A DNA stretch of 64,000 bases from an uncultured Methanosarcinales archaeon (GCA_964621065.1 CAZULG010000001.1:218124-282123); one strand, 5' to 3'; shown: positions 37,700 through 47,246, counted from the stretch's first letter. The notes: generated by a model not told the origin, from the sequence alone. Numbers and translations: made by a program.

Positions 37700-38164
37700 A
37701 TGGGAATATTTAATTTTTTTGAAAAAGATAAAAGTTCAACTCAATTTACATTTGTTGAAGCACAGGCCCTTCAAGTTTTAAAAAAATTTAAGCAAAGTGT
37801 CAATAGTTTTATGAGCTCACAGTTTGTTGCTAATCAAGATGATCCTCTAGAACTAAATAAACAAATAATTTCAACTCAGGCTATGTTAAAAGACTTAAAA
37901 CAAAAACTTACAAGTTTAGGATTTAAAGATGCACCCTATTTAAGTTTGCCCCTTATTACGTTTAGTTCTAATAACATTAATACTCAAGCAAAAATATTAA
38001 ATCAAAACCTAAATCATCTCTCAGAGCAATTACAATTAATGATAACTGATATTGAAGCACATCCTAGAAGTGTTGGGATTGATAAAACAAAAAGTGTACC
38101 ACAAACTGCAAATGAAAACAGAGCTCCTTCTGTAAAAGAGGGTTCTAAAAAAACAGCATCATAG
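37700..38164 (+). CDS. small helical protein, unknown function
   Basis: 154 aa. It begins MGIFNFFEKDK, is helical by composition and starts 6 nt after the upstream gene. Confidence 0.45.
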   Translation: MGIFNFFEKDKSSTQFTFVEAQALQVLKKFKQSVNSFMSSQFVANQDDPLELNKQIISTQAMLKDLKQKLTSLGFKDAPYLSLPLITFSSNNINTQAKILNQNLNHLSEQLQLMITDIEAHPRSVGIDKTKSVPQTANENRAPSVKEGSKKTAS

Positions 38165-38208
38165 TATAGTATATACCCTCTACGATTCAAAAACTAAAGA
38201 ATAATGTT

Positions 38209-38760
38209 TTATGCAACTTTTAATAATTTTTTAATAATAATTGACGCAATTAGTGTTAGTACAATATATGACCCTAGCCATCCAAATGTGAAGAGTCCAA
38301 CATCCATAATTACATCATATTGTGCGTATGCTGAGCGAATTTCTGTAAAAACATATAACAATGGAAGGAGTGTTATTGCAATAACTTTAATATTAAATGA
38401 TTGCTTCATCAAATCCATATTTTGTTTCATAATCTCTCCTTGCATTGCTTGAGCTTTTTGGGGATTTGTCTTCATCATCTCTCTCATATTTTTTTGCTTT
38501 TTCTTCATCTCAGCTCGTAGAGCTTTAATTGCTACTTGATCTGTTAAATATTTATTCAAGATAGTTGTAAATAACGCAGCAACAATTGAAATGATTAAAA
38601 TATCAACAAATGGATTAATTGAGAAAGGAACTTCAAAAATAATAAATTTTCCTGTCTCAGTTATTGATTGTGTTGAGTTTGTAAGAGTTGAATTTATAGA
38701 TGAATTTGCGAGTTCTGTTGTTGTAGAATTTGATAAATTGTTTAAAATAGTATGATTCAT
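38209..38760 (-). CDS. DUF106 / EMC3-TMCO1-like membrane insertase (archaeal Oxa1/YidC-superfamily homologue)
   Basis: 183 aa. TM1 is followed by the basic coiled hairpin ALRAEMKKKQKNMREMMKTNPQKAQAMQGEIMKQNMDLMKQSF and two more TMs, the architecture of MJ0480-type proteins. Confidence 0.7.
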   Translation of the reverse strand: MNHTILNNLSNSTTTELANSSINSTLTNSTQSITETGKFIIFEVPFSINPFVDILIISIVAALFTTILNKYLTDQVAIKALRAEMKKKQKNMREMMKTNPQKAQAMQGEIMKQNMDLMKQSFNIKVIAITLLPLLYVFTEIRSAYAQYDVIMDVGLFTFGWLGSYIVLTLIASIIIKKLLKVA

Positions 38761-38858
38761 TAATTTATAAATTCCAATTATATTTATAAAATTTCGTAAC
38801 TTTATATAATTAATTTTCTATTTTAACAACATTAGAATAATTATTTATACCAATTAAA

Positions 38859-39665
38859 ATGTTAACTCCAAATACTCAAAATATTGAATATCACCAGGAT
38901 TCTCAGCTTCTCTCATTATTTGAAGTTGATTCTCAAGAACACAACATTGCACAACAAAATTTAGAAAAGTTGAAGAAAAAACATATTGTAATTATAGGAG
39001 TAGGAGGAGTTGGATCTGTATGCGCTCAGACACTTGTTCGCTCAGGAATTTTAAATATTTCTCTTGTTGATGGAGATATTGTTGAGAAGAGTAATTTAGG
39101 AAGACAATATTATAATTATGAGGATATTTCAAGGCCTAAAGTTGAAGCATTGAAAAGACAGTTAATTCAAATTCAGCCTAATTGTAACATTAAAACCCGA
39201 TTTGAATTTATTAATGAAAATACTGTTAATGAAATACTTGAGGATTGTGATATTGTCATTGATTGTAGTGATAACTTGAAGACTCGAAGAATTATTAATA
39301 ATTTTTGCTATACACATAATATATTTTGGATATACTCTGGAGCGCAGGGATTTGAATGCACATTATGTTTATTTGATTACTCTGTATTTTCAAATTCTGA
39401 AAAAGTTGATAAGAGTAATAACAAAAATAAGTCAAAAGTTCTTGAAAAAAAAGATTTTTTCTCAAAACTCATTACACCACAACACAGAGAACTGGCAAAT
39501 TGTTCAACAGGAGTACTAACTGGCTCAACATCAATAGCAGCCCAATTAATTATAAGTGAATTGTTTATGTATTGTGTATTTGAAAATACTTCTTTTCAAA
39601 AAAAGAATTTTGAAGGAAAAAAACTGCATTTATTAAACTCTCATTTGTTGAGATTTCAATTATAG
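38859..39665 (+). CDS. ThiF/MoeB/UbaA-family E1-like adenylyltransferase
   Basis: The nucleotide-binding fold VIIGVGGVGSVCAQTLVRSGI, LVDGDIVEKSNLGRQ and DCSDNLKTRRIIN are present. Length is 268 aa, with no rhodanese domain. Confidence 0.8.
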   Translation: MLTPNTQNIEYHQDSQLLSLFEVDSQEHNIAQQNLEKLKKKHIVIIGVGGVGSVCAQTLVRSGILNISLVDGDIVEKSNLGRQYYNYEDISRPKVEALKRQLIQIQPNCNIKTRFEFINENTVNEILEDCDIVIDCSDNLKTRRIINNFCYTHNIFWIYSGAQGFECTLCLFDYSVFSNSEKVDKSNNKNKSKVLEKKDFFSKLITPQHRELANCSTGVLTGSTSIAAQLIISELFMYCVFENTSFQKKNFEGKKLHLLNSHLLRFQL

Positions 39666-39750
39666 TCAACTCTTATTTGTTACATACAATTACCTGATTG
39701 ATAGAATAATTAATACAAAAATATATAAATATACTCGTTGCATTTTATAT

Positions 39751-40176
39751 ATGGATATAATACTATTTATGCTCAGTTGGGTTGCTGGATTTATAACATT
39801 ACTTATTGGAGATATGATTTGGCTAGGATATGTGATGCAAAAATCAATTCGAGAAGATTTTAAAGAATATGTAGCGTTTAATAAAGATGGGTCAATTCAA
39901 ATTCGTCTAGGAATTGGTCTTCTAGCTTGGGCAATTATTAGTTTTGGAGTTGTATACTTTGTAACGTTTCAAGAAACGAGTTTACTTAATACATTGTTAG
40001 TTGGAGGATTATTTGGATTTATTCTCTATGCATGTTATGATTTAACAAATTATACGTTTTTTAAGAACTACTCTGTGCGTTTTCTCATTATTGATATTAT
40101 TTGGGGGGCTATTATTTGCTCATTAGTTGCAGGAGCAAGTTTTAGTGTGAAAACATATTTAGGAGGTATTTTATAA
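39751..40176 (+). CDS. small four-helix membrane protein (DUF2177-like)
   Basis: 141 aa with four hydrophobic helices. It lies immediately upstream (1-nt gap) of a DUF1295-type gene, a pairing I recall from bacterial gene clusters but could not verify here. Confidence 0.5.
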   Translation: MDIILFMLSWVAGFITLLIGDMIWLGYVMQKSIREDFKEYVAFNKDGSIQIRLGIGLLAWAIISFGVVYFVTFQETSLLNTLLVGGLFGFILYACYDLTNYTFFKNYSVRFLIIDIIWGAIICSLVAGASFSVKTYLGGIL

Positions 40177-40177
40177 A

Positions 40178-41023
40178 ATGGTACTTGAGAGTATTTCTCT
40201 ATTTTTCTCAATTCTCACAGAGGAGTTGTTTTTACGACCAGAGTTTTTGACTGGGTTTTTCACACTCCTTATTCTCTATATTATCTTTTTTATTCGAGCT
40301 TCTTCAACTCAAGAGCAAGATGATTCAACAGTAGATATTTTATGGGGAGTTAATGCAGTTACATATTCTGCGATTTTCTTTGTATTCTCTAGTCCTATCT
40401 ACATTAACTTTGTTTTATTCTTCGTTTTATCATTGTGGGGATATCGATTAATTTTTGCAGTATTTGACAAACGAAAAAAATTAAATGGTAAAGAGGATCC
40501 GCGCTATACAAGTTTGAAAAAATCATTTCCAAAAAAATTTTATAATATTCAACGGTTTTTGAAAATATATTTGCTTCAATTACTCTTAGGAACATTAATG
40601 CTCCTTCCAGTGATGATTTTTATGCAATTTACTCAATATTATAGTGAATTTCAAAATTTAGTGTTCCAATTTGGAATATTTGTGTTGGGAGCTGGATTAT
40701 TTATTGAAACCCTTGCAGATTTACAGATGAGAGCGTTTAAAAAACAAAAAACTAAAGAAAAATCATTTTGTGAAGAAGGATTGTGGGCATATTCAAGACA
40801 TCCTAATTATTTTGGAGAAAGTTTGTTTTGGTTGGGAATTGCAATTGTACTCTCAACACAAACAACATTTGGATTCATCTCATGGCTTTTAATTACATAC
40901 TTACTCCTCTTTGTCTCAGGAATTCCTAGAGCAGAAGAGGGTTTTATAGGAAACAAAGAGTATGAAGAATATCAAAAAAGTGTGTCCTCTTTTATTCCTT
41001 GGTTTCGAAAAGAGAAGGAGTAA
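40178..41023 (+). CDS. DUF1295 / steroid 5-alpha-reductase-like membrane protein
   Basis: GLWAYSRHPNYFGESLFWLGIAI is the family signature. The protein is 281 aa and multi-spanning. Confidence 0.75.
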   Translation: MVLESISLFFSILTEELFLRPEFLTGFFTLLILYIIFFIRASSTQEQDDSTVDILWGVNAVTYSAIFFVFSSPIYINFVLFFVLSLWGYRLIFAVFDKRKKLNGKEDPRYTSLKKSFPKKFYNIQRFLKIYLLQLLLGTLMLLPVMIFMQFTQYYSEFQNLVFQFGIFVLGAGLFIETLADLQMRAFKKQKTKEKSFCEEGLWAYSRHPNYFGESLFWLGIAIVLSTQTTFGFISWLLITYLLLFVSGIPRAEEGFIGNKEYEEYQKSVSSFIPWFRKEKE

Positions 41024-41062
41024 AACACAAAGTTTATAAATTTGTAACTCATAGTAGTAACA

Positions 41063-41377
41063 ATGAGACAAAATATTAAAGATAATTTAAAATTAGGGGC
41101 ATTAGTAGGATCACTTTTAATTGGAGGAGGAACATATTTGGTACAAAATGATCCTGTTTCCAGAATTACAGAACAAATATATTCAGCACATAATCCTAGT
41201 GGAAGAGGAATTGAAGCTCATGTAGGTTCAAGTAATAGTATAAAGAGAGAACCTTCAAAACTAGAGGAAAAATGTGGAGTTACTTTTGAAAGTATCACTC
41301 CAAAAGTAATAGATGGACTTAGTCAAGAATGTCATGGTTATGTAGTAGATGAAGGGTATAAACAAAATTTTCCTTAA
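41063..41377 (+). CDS. small membrane-anchored protein, unknown
   Basis: 104 aa with an N-terminal helix LGALVGSLLIGGGTYLV. A TATA-like aagtttataaattt lies upstream. Confidence 0.4.
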   Translation: MRQNIKDNLKLGALVGSLLIGGGTYLVQNDPVSRITEQIYSAHNPSGRGIEAHVGSSNSIKREPSKLEEKCGVTFESITPKVIDGLSQECHGYVVDEGYKQNFP

Positions 41378-41412
41378 ATTTATAAATTATAAAGCAATAT
41401 AACAACGAATAG

Positions 41413-41775
41413 ATGAATTTTTCTAAGCAATATTTCAAACCTGCATTAAGTTCTCTCATTATTCTAATAAGTTCTTCTGCTTCTGCAGAAGATATAACTC
41501 AAAAGAGAATTGAAAGTTTAGAGAATAAACTTACAACACAATTGGAAAAGTGTATTGATAGTTTTCATGAAAAAGAAACAAAGCCTTGGAATGCTTTTCT
41601 AGACGCACAAGATGAATTACAAGAGTATGGAATGGTACTATCTCATTTCCATGAACCTGCTCTAAGAGAGTATGAAGTAAATGAAAAAGATCATCCTTGC
41701 TACAGAGCAAATGAGAAAATTATTAAAATGAATAATCTAATAGAAGAACAATTATTAGCTGGTAAGTATGAGTGA
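41413..41775 (+). CDS. small secreted protein, unknown
   Basis: 120 aa with a signal-like ALSSLIILISSSASAED and a helical body. Confidence 0.4.
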   Translation: MNFSKQYFKPALSSLIILISSSASAEDITQKRIESLENKLTTQLEKCIDSFHEKETKPWNAFLDAQDELQEYGMVLSHFHEPALREYEVNEKDHPCYRANEKIIKMNNLIEEQLLAGKYE

Positions 41776-41857
41776 AGTAAGATATATGTACTTTAATTTG
41801 ATGAAATCTAAAATATAAATCAATTATTTATAAAAAATAAAATAAAAATTTAAAAAT

Positions 41858-42322
41858 TTACAACATCTTTGAAATTAACTTCTCAATTGCTTCTTCACTT
41901 CGCTCACCTAATACTCCTCCTTGAGTGAATGTTTTTTTAATTCCACCTTTTTCAAATCCTCCTTTTGGAGGTTGAAGTCTGAAATATGGTTTAAGTTGGT
42001 ATTTTGGTTCAAAATCTCGAAGTTTCACATTCCCTGCGTAATACTCTTTTGCAACTTCTTGTGGTTTAACTCCAACTTCTTTAATTGATTTTTTACCAAC
42101 ACACTCTCCACGAGACTCAATGAGTGTTGCAAACAATTTTTCACTAATTACACCATATGTTGTGTAATCTTTCACTTTTTTAAGCATCCCTCTGCTTACT
42201 TCGTTATCATCTACAACTACACAAGCATGTTTTTGCTTGAGCCTAAATAATTCTAATGTTTTTTTAACATCAGGATGGGTTTTAACAGTACCCCGAATCT
42301 GAATAATAGCTATCTTTGCCAT
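41858..42322 (-). CDS. rpl30: 50S ribosomal protein L30 (uL30)
   Basis: MAKIAIIQIRGTVKTHPDVKKTLELFRLKQKHACVVVDDNEVSRGMLKKVKDY is the archaeal L30P signature. The start was moved to the internal ATG at 42322, since the 29 upstream codons of the track ORF are non-homologous. Confidence 0.85.
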   Translation of the reverse strand: MAKIAIIQIRGTVKTHPDVKKTLELFRLKQKHACVVVDDNEVSRGMLKKVKDYTTYGVISEKLFATLIESRGECVGKKSIKEVGVKPQEVAKEYYAGNVKLRDFEPKYQLKPYFRLQPPKGGFEKGGIKKTFTQGGVLGERSEEAIEKLISKML

Positions 42323-42433
42323 ATTAAAATAAATCACATTGTATTTAAAAAACTTTATACAATAATTAATGTAATATTTGATACATGTACTTATAAAAAT
42401 AAGTGACAAATATTAATAAAATTGAAATTCTAA

Positions 42434-44224
42434 ATGTTGTTTATGGCGTCAAATATAGGATATGCTTTTGGGAGCAATTTGTCAAGAAATATTCCTATAC
42501 CAAAATTAAAATCGTATTTTCAGCTCCAATTTGGAGGACCTAATTCTGATATCACCCCTGCATATTTTTGGATGACAGAATTTAGAAATTATACTAACAA
42601 AGGATTCAATTTTATAAAAATTGAAGATGTTCATCATTTTAGCGAGTCATCTCAATTTGGAGCAAACATGAGACAAATTAAAGGAGGAGGAATTCGAGCA
42701 TTTCAAGAAAATTTGAACCAAATCATTCAACTCATTAAAGTGCATTTAATGCCACTACTTAAAGAAGTAAAACAAGCACATATGTATAAAATTTGGTTTG
42801 ATAGAATTTTAGAAAATGATCAGTTACTTTTTGAAGAACTTGAAAAACCAAAAGGAAAACAACAAGAAGCATTGATTAAAAAATATCGAGATGAGCGAAA
42901 TGAAGCGATTAATCATTTGAAAGATAAGTGGGTGAGTGAAGTTGATGGAGGAAAGTTGTGGCAATTGTCTCGCTCTTCACAAGATCAGGGGCTTGATATG
43001 ACGCTGCTCCCTCAACTTTTTTTTGCAACATATTTAGACGACCCATTTGAGCGAAAGCAAACTCTCAAAGAACAACTTGATGAGAGTACATATAAAGTTG
43101 ATATTACACATGACGCGAAAACGCAAGTTGCTCGGTTTCAGTATCGATTCTACACGTGGCTTCCAACTGCAATTAAAGATACACAATCAACGTTTAATAT
43201 TAAACTCGCATCATTAAGGCAATTTTACGCTCAAATTGAGATGCACATGCAATTTATGAAACCACTATTGCAAGAAATTATTCGAAAAAGTGAGACTATG
43301 CATCACGGAAATTTTTTTTCTGGGTTTGGAGATGAAGACCCTAATATGGTGAAACTGTTTGACTCAACTTTGATTAATCTTCGAGTGTTAGGACCACAAG
43401 GTCTTCAAAAAGATTTTGCTCTACAAGATTTAGAATTCACTAAATTTGGACTCTTACTTCCAAATAAAGCACTAATGGATGAGGAAACACTCGTTAAAAA
43501 AAAAATACTCAAAAAAGGACATCAATTTGTCATTGTAGATATTGAGAAAAATGAAAAAGGAGATGATACTCTAAATTATATAGTTAAAGAATTTTCAGGA
43601 ACGCAAGAAGATTTACAAAGAATGTCTAAATTTGAATTTGGTAAAATAGAGAGTAAAAAAATACCTAAATGCTATCTTAAACCATTTGCAACTCCCGAGA
43701 TTACATTTAAACAAGAGCGGAGAAGTGAGATTGTACAAACTCAACAAGGACCTCAACAAGTTCCATTTATGGTGAATGATGTTGAGATCTATGGTCATGT
43801 ATGGAACTTTGCAGAAATTGCAGCATATAGACAAAAAATTCGCTCTCAAGATGTTCACATTCTAGAGAGTTTTATTCAAGAACTCTCTGCTGTAAAAGAT
43901 GAATTATTATTATACCTTAATTATCAAGAAGGAGATCCTATTGAAGAATTTGGAATTAATTTTTCAATGTATGGCTCTAATAATCCTAAAAAGAAACAAC
44001 AACAAGAACAGAGCCCAGATTTAAAAGCTTCAACATCAATACTAAGCTACATTCCAATTATCTCAGATATCATCTCCAACTCAAATGCCTCAGGAGTTAG
44101 TGTGATTGATAGTGTGAAAAAGCAGTATGACAAGGCAAAGAATAAATGTGAGAACCAAGTCATTGAAGAAAATTGGAAATGTTACAATATTTATAAAAAA
44201 GTAAATGGATATATTGCATATTAA
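42434..44224 (+). CDS. large cytoplasmic protein, no recognisable family (first gene of an orphan three-gene operon)
   Basis: 596-aa ORF with no TM segment and no NTPase or nuclease motif visible. By composition it reads mixed beta / long helical / beta, with a Gln/Lys-rich linker near the C-terminus. Confidence 0.6.
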   Translation: MLFMASNIGYAFGSNLSRNIPIPKLKSYFQLQFGGPNSDITPAYFWMTEFRNYTNKGFNFIKIEDVHHFSESSQFGANMRQIKGGGIRAFQENLNQIIQLIKVHLMPLLKEVKQAHMYKIWFDRILENDQLLFEELEKPKGKQQEALIKKYRDERNEAINHLKDKWVSEVDGGKLWQLSRSSQDQGLDMTLLPQLFFATYLDDPFERKQTLKEQLDESTYKVDITHDAKTQVARFQYRFYTWLPTAIKDTQSTFNIKLASLRQFYAQIEMHMQFMKPLLQEIIRKSETMHHGNFFSGFGDEDPNMVKLFDSTLINLRVLGPQGLQKDFALQDLEFTKFGLLLPNKALMDEETLVKKKILKKGHQFVIVDIEKNEKGDDTLNYIVKEFSGTQEDLQRMSKFEFGKIESKKIPKCYLKPFATPEITFKQERRSEIVQTQQGPQQVPFMVNDVEIYGHVWNFAEIAAYRQKIRSQDVHILESFIQELSAVKDELLLYLNYQEGDPIEEFGINFSMYGSNNPKKKQQQEQSPDLKASTSILSYIPIISDIISNSNASGVSVIDSVKKQYDKAKNKCENQVIEENWKCYNIYKKVNGYIAY

Positions 44225-44245
44225 TTTTAAGACGCAGATGAAAAA

Positions 44246-44836
44246 ATGAAAAACTTACATAGATACAATACAAATAAAAAAGGAGTATCATCATTAGCTA
44301 ATCCTGTAAATTATATTTTTCTAATCCCTGCTATTATAATTTTAATTATCCTCTCATTTTGGGCAAATTCTGTAAACGCTCAACAAAGTAATAATATCAA
44401 TGCTGAATTAGTTGCACTCTATGCAAATGAAATCTCTGAGCAAATTTACTCATATGAGCTTCCTCAAGATCATCGAAGAATGAGAGGTGTGAGGAGTAAT
44501 TGTAGAGGACTTGAAATTGATGATTATGAAGATTCTTTTTTTTTGCAAAAGCATTGTAGAGATTCTAATACATTTTATATCAATATTCGACAAATGATGA
44601 TTGATAATCTTAAAAGAGATTTAGAAAACCAAAACTTTCATGGGGAGTATGTTTCTGAGATTAGAGATAATAAAGGTCGGTGTTTAGAATACCAACAATT
44701 AGACGAATCAAGAGGTGAGATTCAATTAAATCAAGAAATTTCAGGGAGTTTTGAAATTTCAAACGCTTTATTTGTTCTTCCTGCAAATACACTCTACTCA
44801 GTATGCTCAACTCCTCCTCAACCACGAAGAACATAA
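44246..44836 (+). CDS. secreted Cys-containing protein, unknown (operon gene 2)
   Basis: 196 aa with signal peptide IFLIPAIIILIILSFWANSVNA-QQ and five Cys. It starts 21 nt after gene 1. Confidence 0.5.
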   Translation: MKNLHRYNTNKKGVSSLANPVNYIFLIPAIIILIILSFWANSVNAQQSNNINAELVALYANEISEQIYSYELPQDHRRMRGVRSNCRGLEIDDYEDSFFLQKHCRDSNTFYINIRQMMIDNLKRDLENQNFHGEYVSEIRDNKGRCLEYQQLDESRGEIQLNQEISGSFEISNALFVLPANTLYSVCSTPPQPRRT

Positions 44837-44865
44837 TGAGATAAAATAAAAATATAAAATATAAA

Positions 44866-46152
44866 ATGAGACAACAACGAAAAACTCTTCAAAATTCCTA
44901 CTCCTCTGCATATATGAATAAAAAAGCATTTGTTCCATACATGTTCTTATTTTTTGGTGTTCTTCTAAGTGCAATTCTTATTCCTTTGTCTCATCTTCAA
45001 GCAGAAGAGATTAAAAATAGTAGTTTATACTTAGAGTCTTTGAAAATTAATTCAAAATTTAATGTGATGGAGAATAAATTAGAACTTGCAATACTTCAAT
45101 CTAATGCACTTATTCAAAGTCAACTTACTCAAAGTTTTATCAGTCAAGGAGTTGATGCTCAAGTATATGATGAGCGACTCAATGAAGATATTGAGAGGCG
45201 AATAGAAACATTTAATAAGTTGCAATATTTCTCATCTCAAGAGTATTCAATTAATGAACTATTCTTAGAAATTCAACTCCAAGAAACTTCAGGACAATTA
45301 AGTATTACAAGAAATATTACATTAGAGAAGAATAAATACAAAGATGAGTTTTTCACACAAATCACAACACTTAGAGATATTGATTCTCAAATCAGTACTA
45401 TTCAAGGTCAAGTTGATACATGCTACGCATCATCGTTTAATGAAAATTCATGTGCTGATGAAGTAATGGATTCAATTGAGCAAAGTCATGAATCAGTACG
45501 GTGTGATCAAGAAGGGTTCAGTGGACTTGAGGGCATTAATTGTTTTTTTACAACTGCACCCTACACAGGATTTACATATGAGGGTCTTGAGCAAATTCAA
45601 AGACAAGATGATATTCGAGAAATTGAAGTATCAAGTAGTATAGTTAGATATAATAGAGAAAATATTCTTAAAATATTTTCAAATCAACTTCCATTTGATG
45701 ATGGTCAAAGAGAATATGAATTCATTATGTTTTTTATTCCTGATGAAAATTATGATATTGAGACTGCAATTAACACATTTGAATCAATAATAATTAATGA
45801 GGAAACTGATGCTAGTGGAGGAATTTTAAACGGAATTGAAGAAAATAGAATTAATAATAATGATATTTTGGGATTATATTTAACTAAAGTTAATCAAGGA
45901 AGTGATGGAGTTCAAGAGGCAATTTATAGTACCTATGAAGCACAAATAGAAGGTATTGATTTATATTTTAAAATTGTAACAAAAAATAGTGTAGATTCAG
46001 TTGAATTGCAACCAATTTCTGATTTCTTCGAATTCTCCCAAACTCCTCGTTCTGTGTTTATTATTAATAATCGATATTTTGAAGATGTGAGTATGTATGA
46101 GAGAGGAGTGGAAGAAGTTATTCCGAGACCTGAAGATAGTGATAACACTTAG
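44866..46152 (+). CDS. secreted or N-terminally anchored protein, unknown (operon gene 3)
   Basis: 428 aa with an N-terminal helix FVPYMFLFFGVLLSAILIPLSHLQA and a Cys cluster (CYASSFNENSCADE...VRCDQEG...INCF). It starts 29 nt after gene 2. Confidence 0.55.
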   Translation: MRQQRKTLQNSYSSAYMNKKAFVPYMFLFFGVLLSAILIPLSHLQAEEIKNSSLYLESLKINSKFNVMENKLELAILQSNALIQSQLTQSFISQGVDAQVYDERLNEDIERRIETFNKLQYFSSQEYSINELFLEIQLQETSGQLSITRNITLEKNKYKDEFFTQITTLRDIDSQISTIQGQVDTCYASSFNENSCADEVMDSIEQSHESVRCDQEGFSGLEGINCFFTTAPYTGFTYEGLEQIQRQDDIREIEVSSSIVRYNRENILKIFSNQLPFDDGQREYEFIMFFIPDENYDIETAINTFESIIINEETDASGGILNGIEENRINNNDILGLYLTKVNQGSDGVQEAIYSTYEAQIEGIDLYFKIVTKNSVDSVELQPISDFFEFSQTPRSVFIINNRYFEDVSMYERGVEEVIPRPEDSDNT

Positions 46153-46189
46153 AGTGGAGATGAAAATAAAGATTCTAAGTAATTATTAA

Positions 46190-47060
46190 ACTTTAATTAG
46201 ATTGTAACTTCGTTATGGGCTCTGTGCGAAAATTCAAAATGAGTTCAAACTTAACAAAGAAATTGCAATTTCTAATTAAAGTAAAATTAATTTTTACAAT
46301 CTAAAATTAGCAAAAAAATCCTAAAAGTAATCTTCGGACTGAGCCTACAACAGTAGTTAAACCTTTTTTAATTAAGAGTATAAAACTATAATAATGTTCA
46401 TTCCAAATTTGAAATTAAAAATTTCACATCAAAAATTTAAATAATAACTTTTATCCAAAAAACAGAACTAAGTCAAATTTTAGATAAGTTTTCAAAATAA
46501 AAAATAGTAAAAACTAAAATTTTGTTCTAAATCCTAGCTTTTTTATGGTATTTGGATTGTTTAGTTAAACTAAAAAAGTCAAGTATTTCTTCTTCGTATT
46601 TATATTTCAAATTAAATCTAGTTTTAAAATCAAATTTTATTATTTTAAGAAACTTTTAACCTTTATTTTAGATAAAATAAAGAACTCGGGAATTTGCTAA
46701 ATATTGTAAAACAAGAGTATTTTCTCTCAATTTGTAAAGCTCAAGTTTTTTAATCTTAGAATAAAACTTATCTTTATTAATGTCTTCAAAAAATTTTTTG
46801 TAAACTTATTTTTTCTTGAAAAAATAATTTCTTTGAGTTTTAATTTTTTAAAATAATTTAATATTTACATAGAACGTGCAAATACGCCAGTTTATCACAA
46901 ACTTGTTGTAAGCAAATGTTTTAATTAACTTGGACTACCTACAACCAAAATATCTTATTAAATACTATCTTCTTTATCTTATTTGTTGGAGTTGGAAATA
47001 GTTTCATGATTTTTGTGCAAGAATTCATGAAAAAATTTTATGGGCGTTTATAAAATTTCC
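46190..47060 (-). mobile_element. decayed TnpB/OrfB-like (IS200/IS605-family-like) remnant with terminal hairpins
   Basis: The region has no intact ORF. Minus-strand fragments are MKLFPTPTNKIKKIVFNKIFWL* (47007-46939) and, after a frameshift, SKLIKTFAYNKFVINWRICTFYVN (46934-46848). They resemble the TnpB N-terminus (..RLYPN..Q.ELI.RT.G.ARFVYNH.L). A perfect 9-bp hairpin lies at 47033-47058. Palindromes and inverted repeats lie at 46191-46304. Confidence 0.35.
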
Positions 47061-47246
47061 AAAGAGTAATTTTATTCTAAAAATACTTGCCACTAAAAGA
47101 AGTTTAGCAAGTTCAATTTTAATGTTTAACTAATGAATTAAACTTATTATATGTTCATAAATAAATAACTATAATTTTTTTCTGATAAATAATTAAATGA
47201 ATACACTTCTAGATATGTTTTTAAATTTTAATATATTTATGCTAGT

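Noticed and set aside
37700-38164. MGIFNFFEKDK... protein considered as an ESCRT-III/Snf7-like protein
   Set aside because: Only the N-terminal MG-hydrophobic start and helical composition are similar. At 154 aa it is too short, and I could not see the charged helical-hairpin pattern.
38859-39665. ThiF-like E1 considered as part of a ubiquitin-like (SAMP/Urm1 or E1-E2-JAB) system
   Set aside because: No beta-grasp Ubl gene with a diglycine end, no E2 and no JAB or rhodanese gene is adjacent. The neighbours are a YidC-like insertase and membrane proteins.
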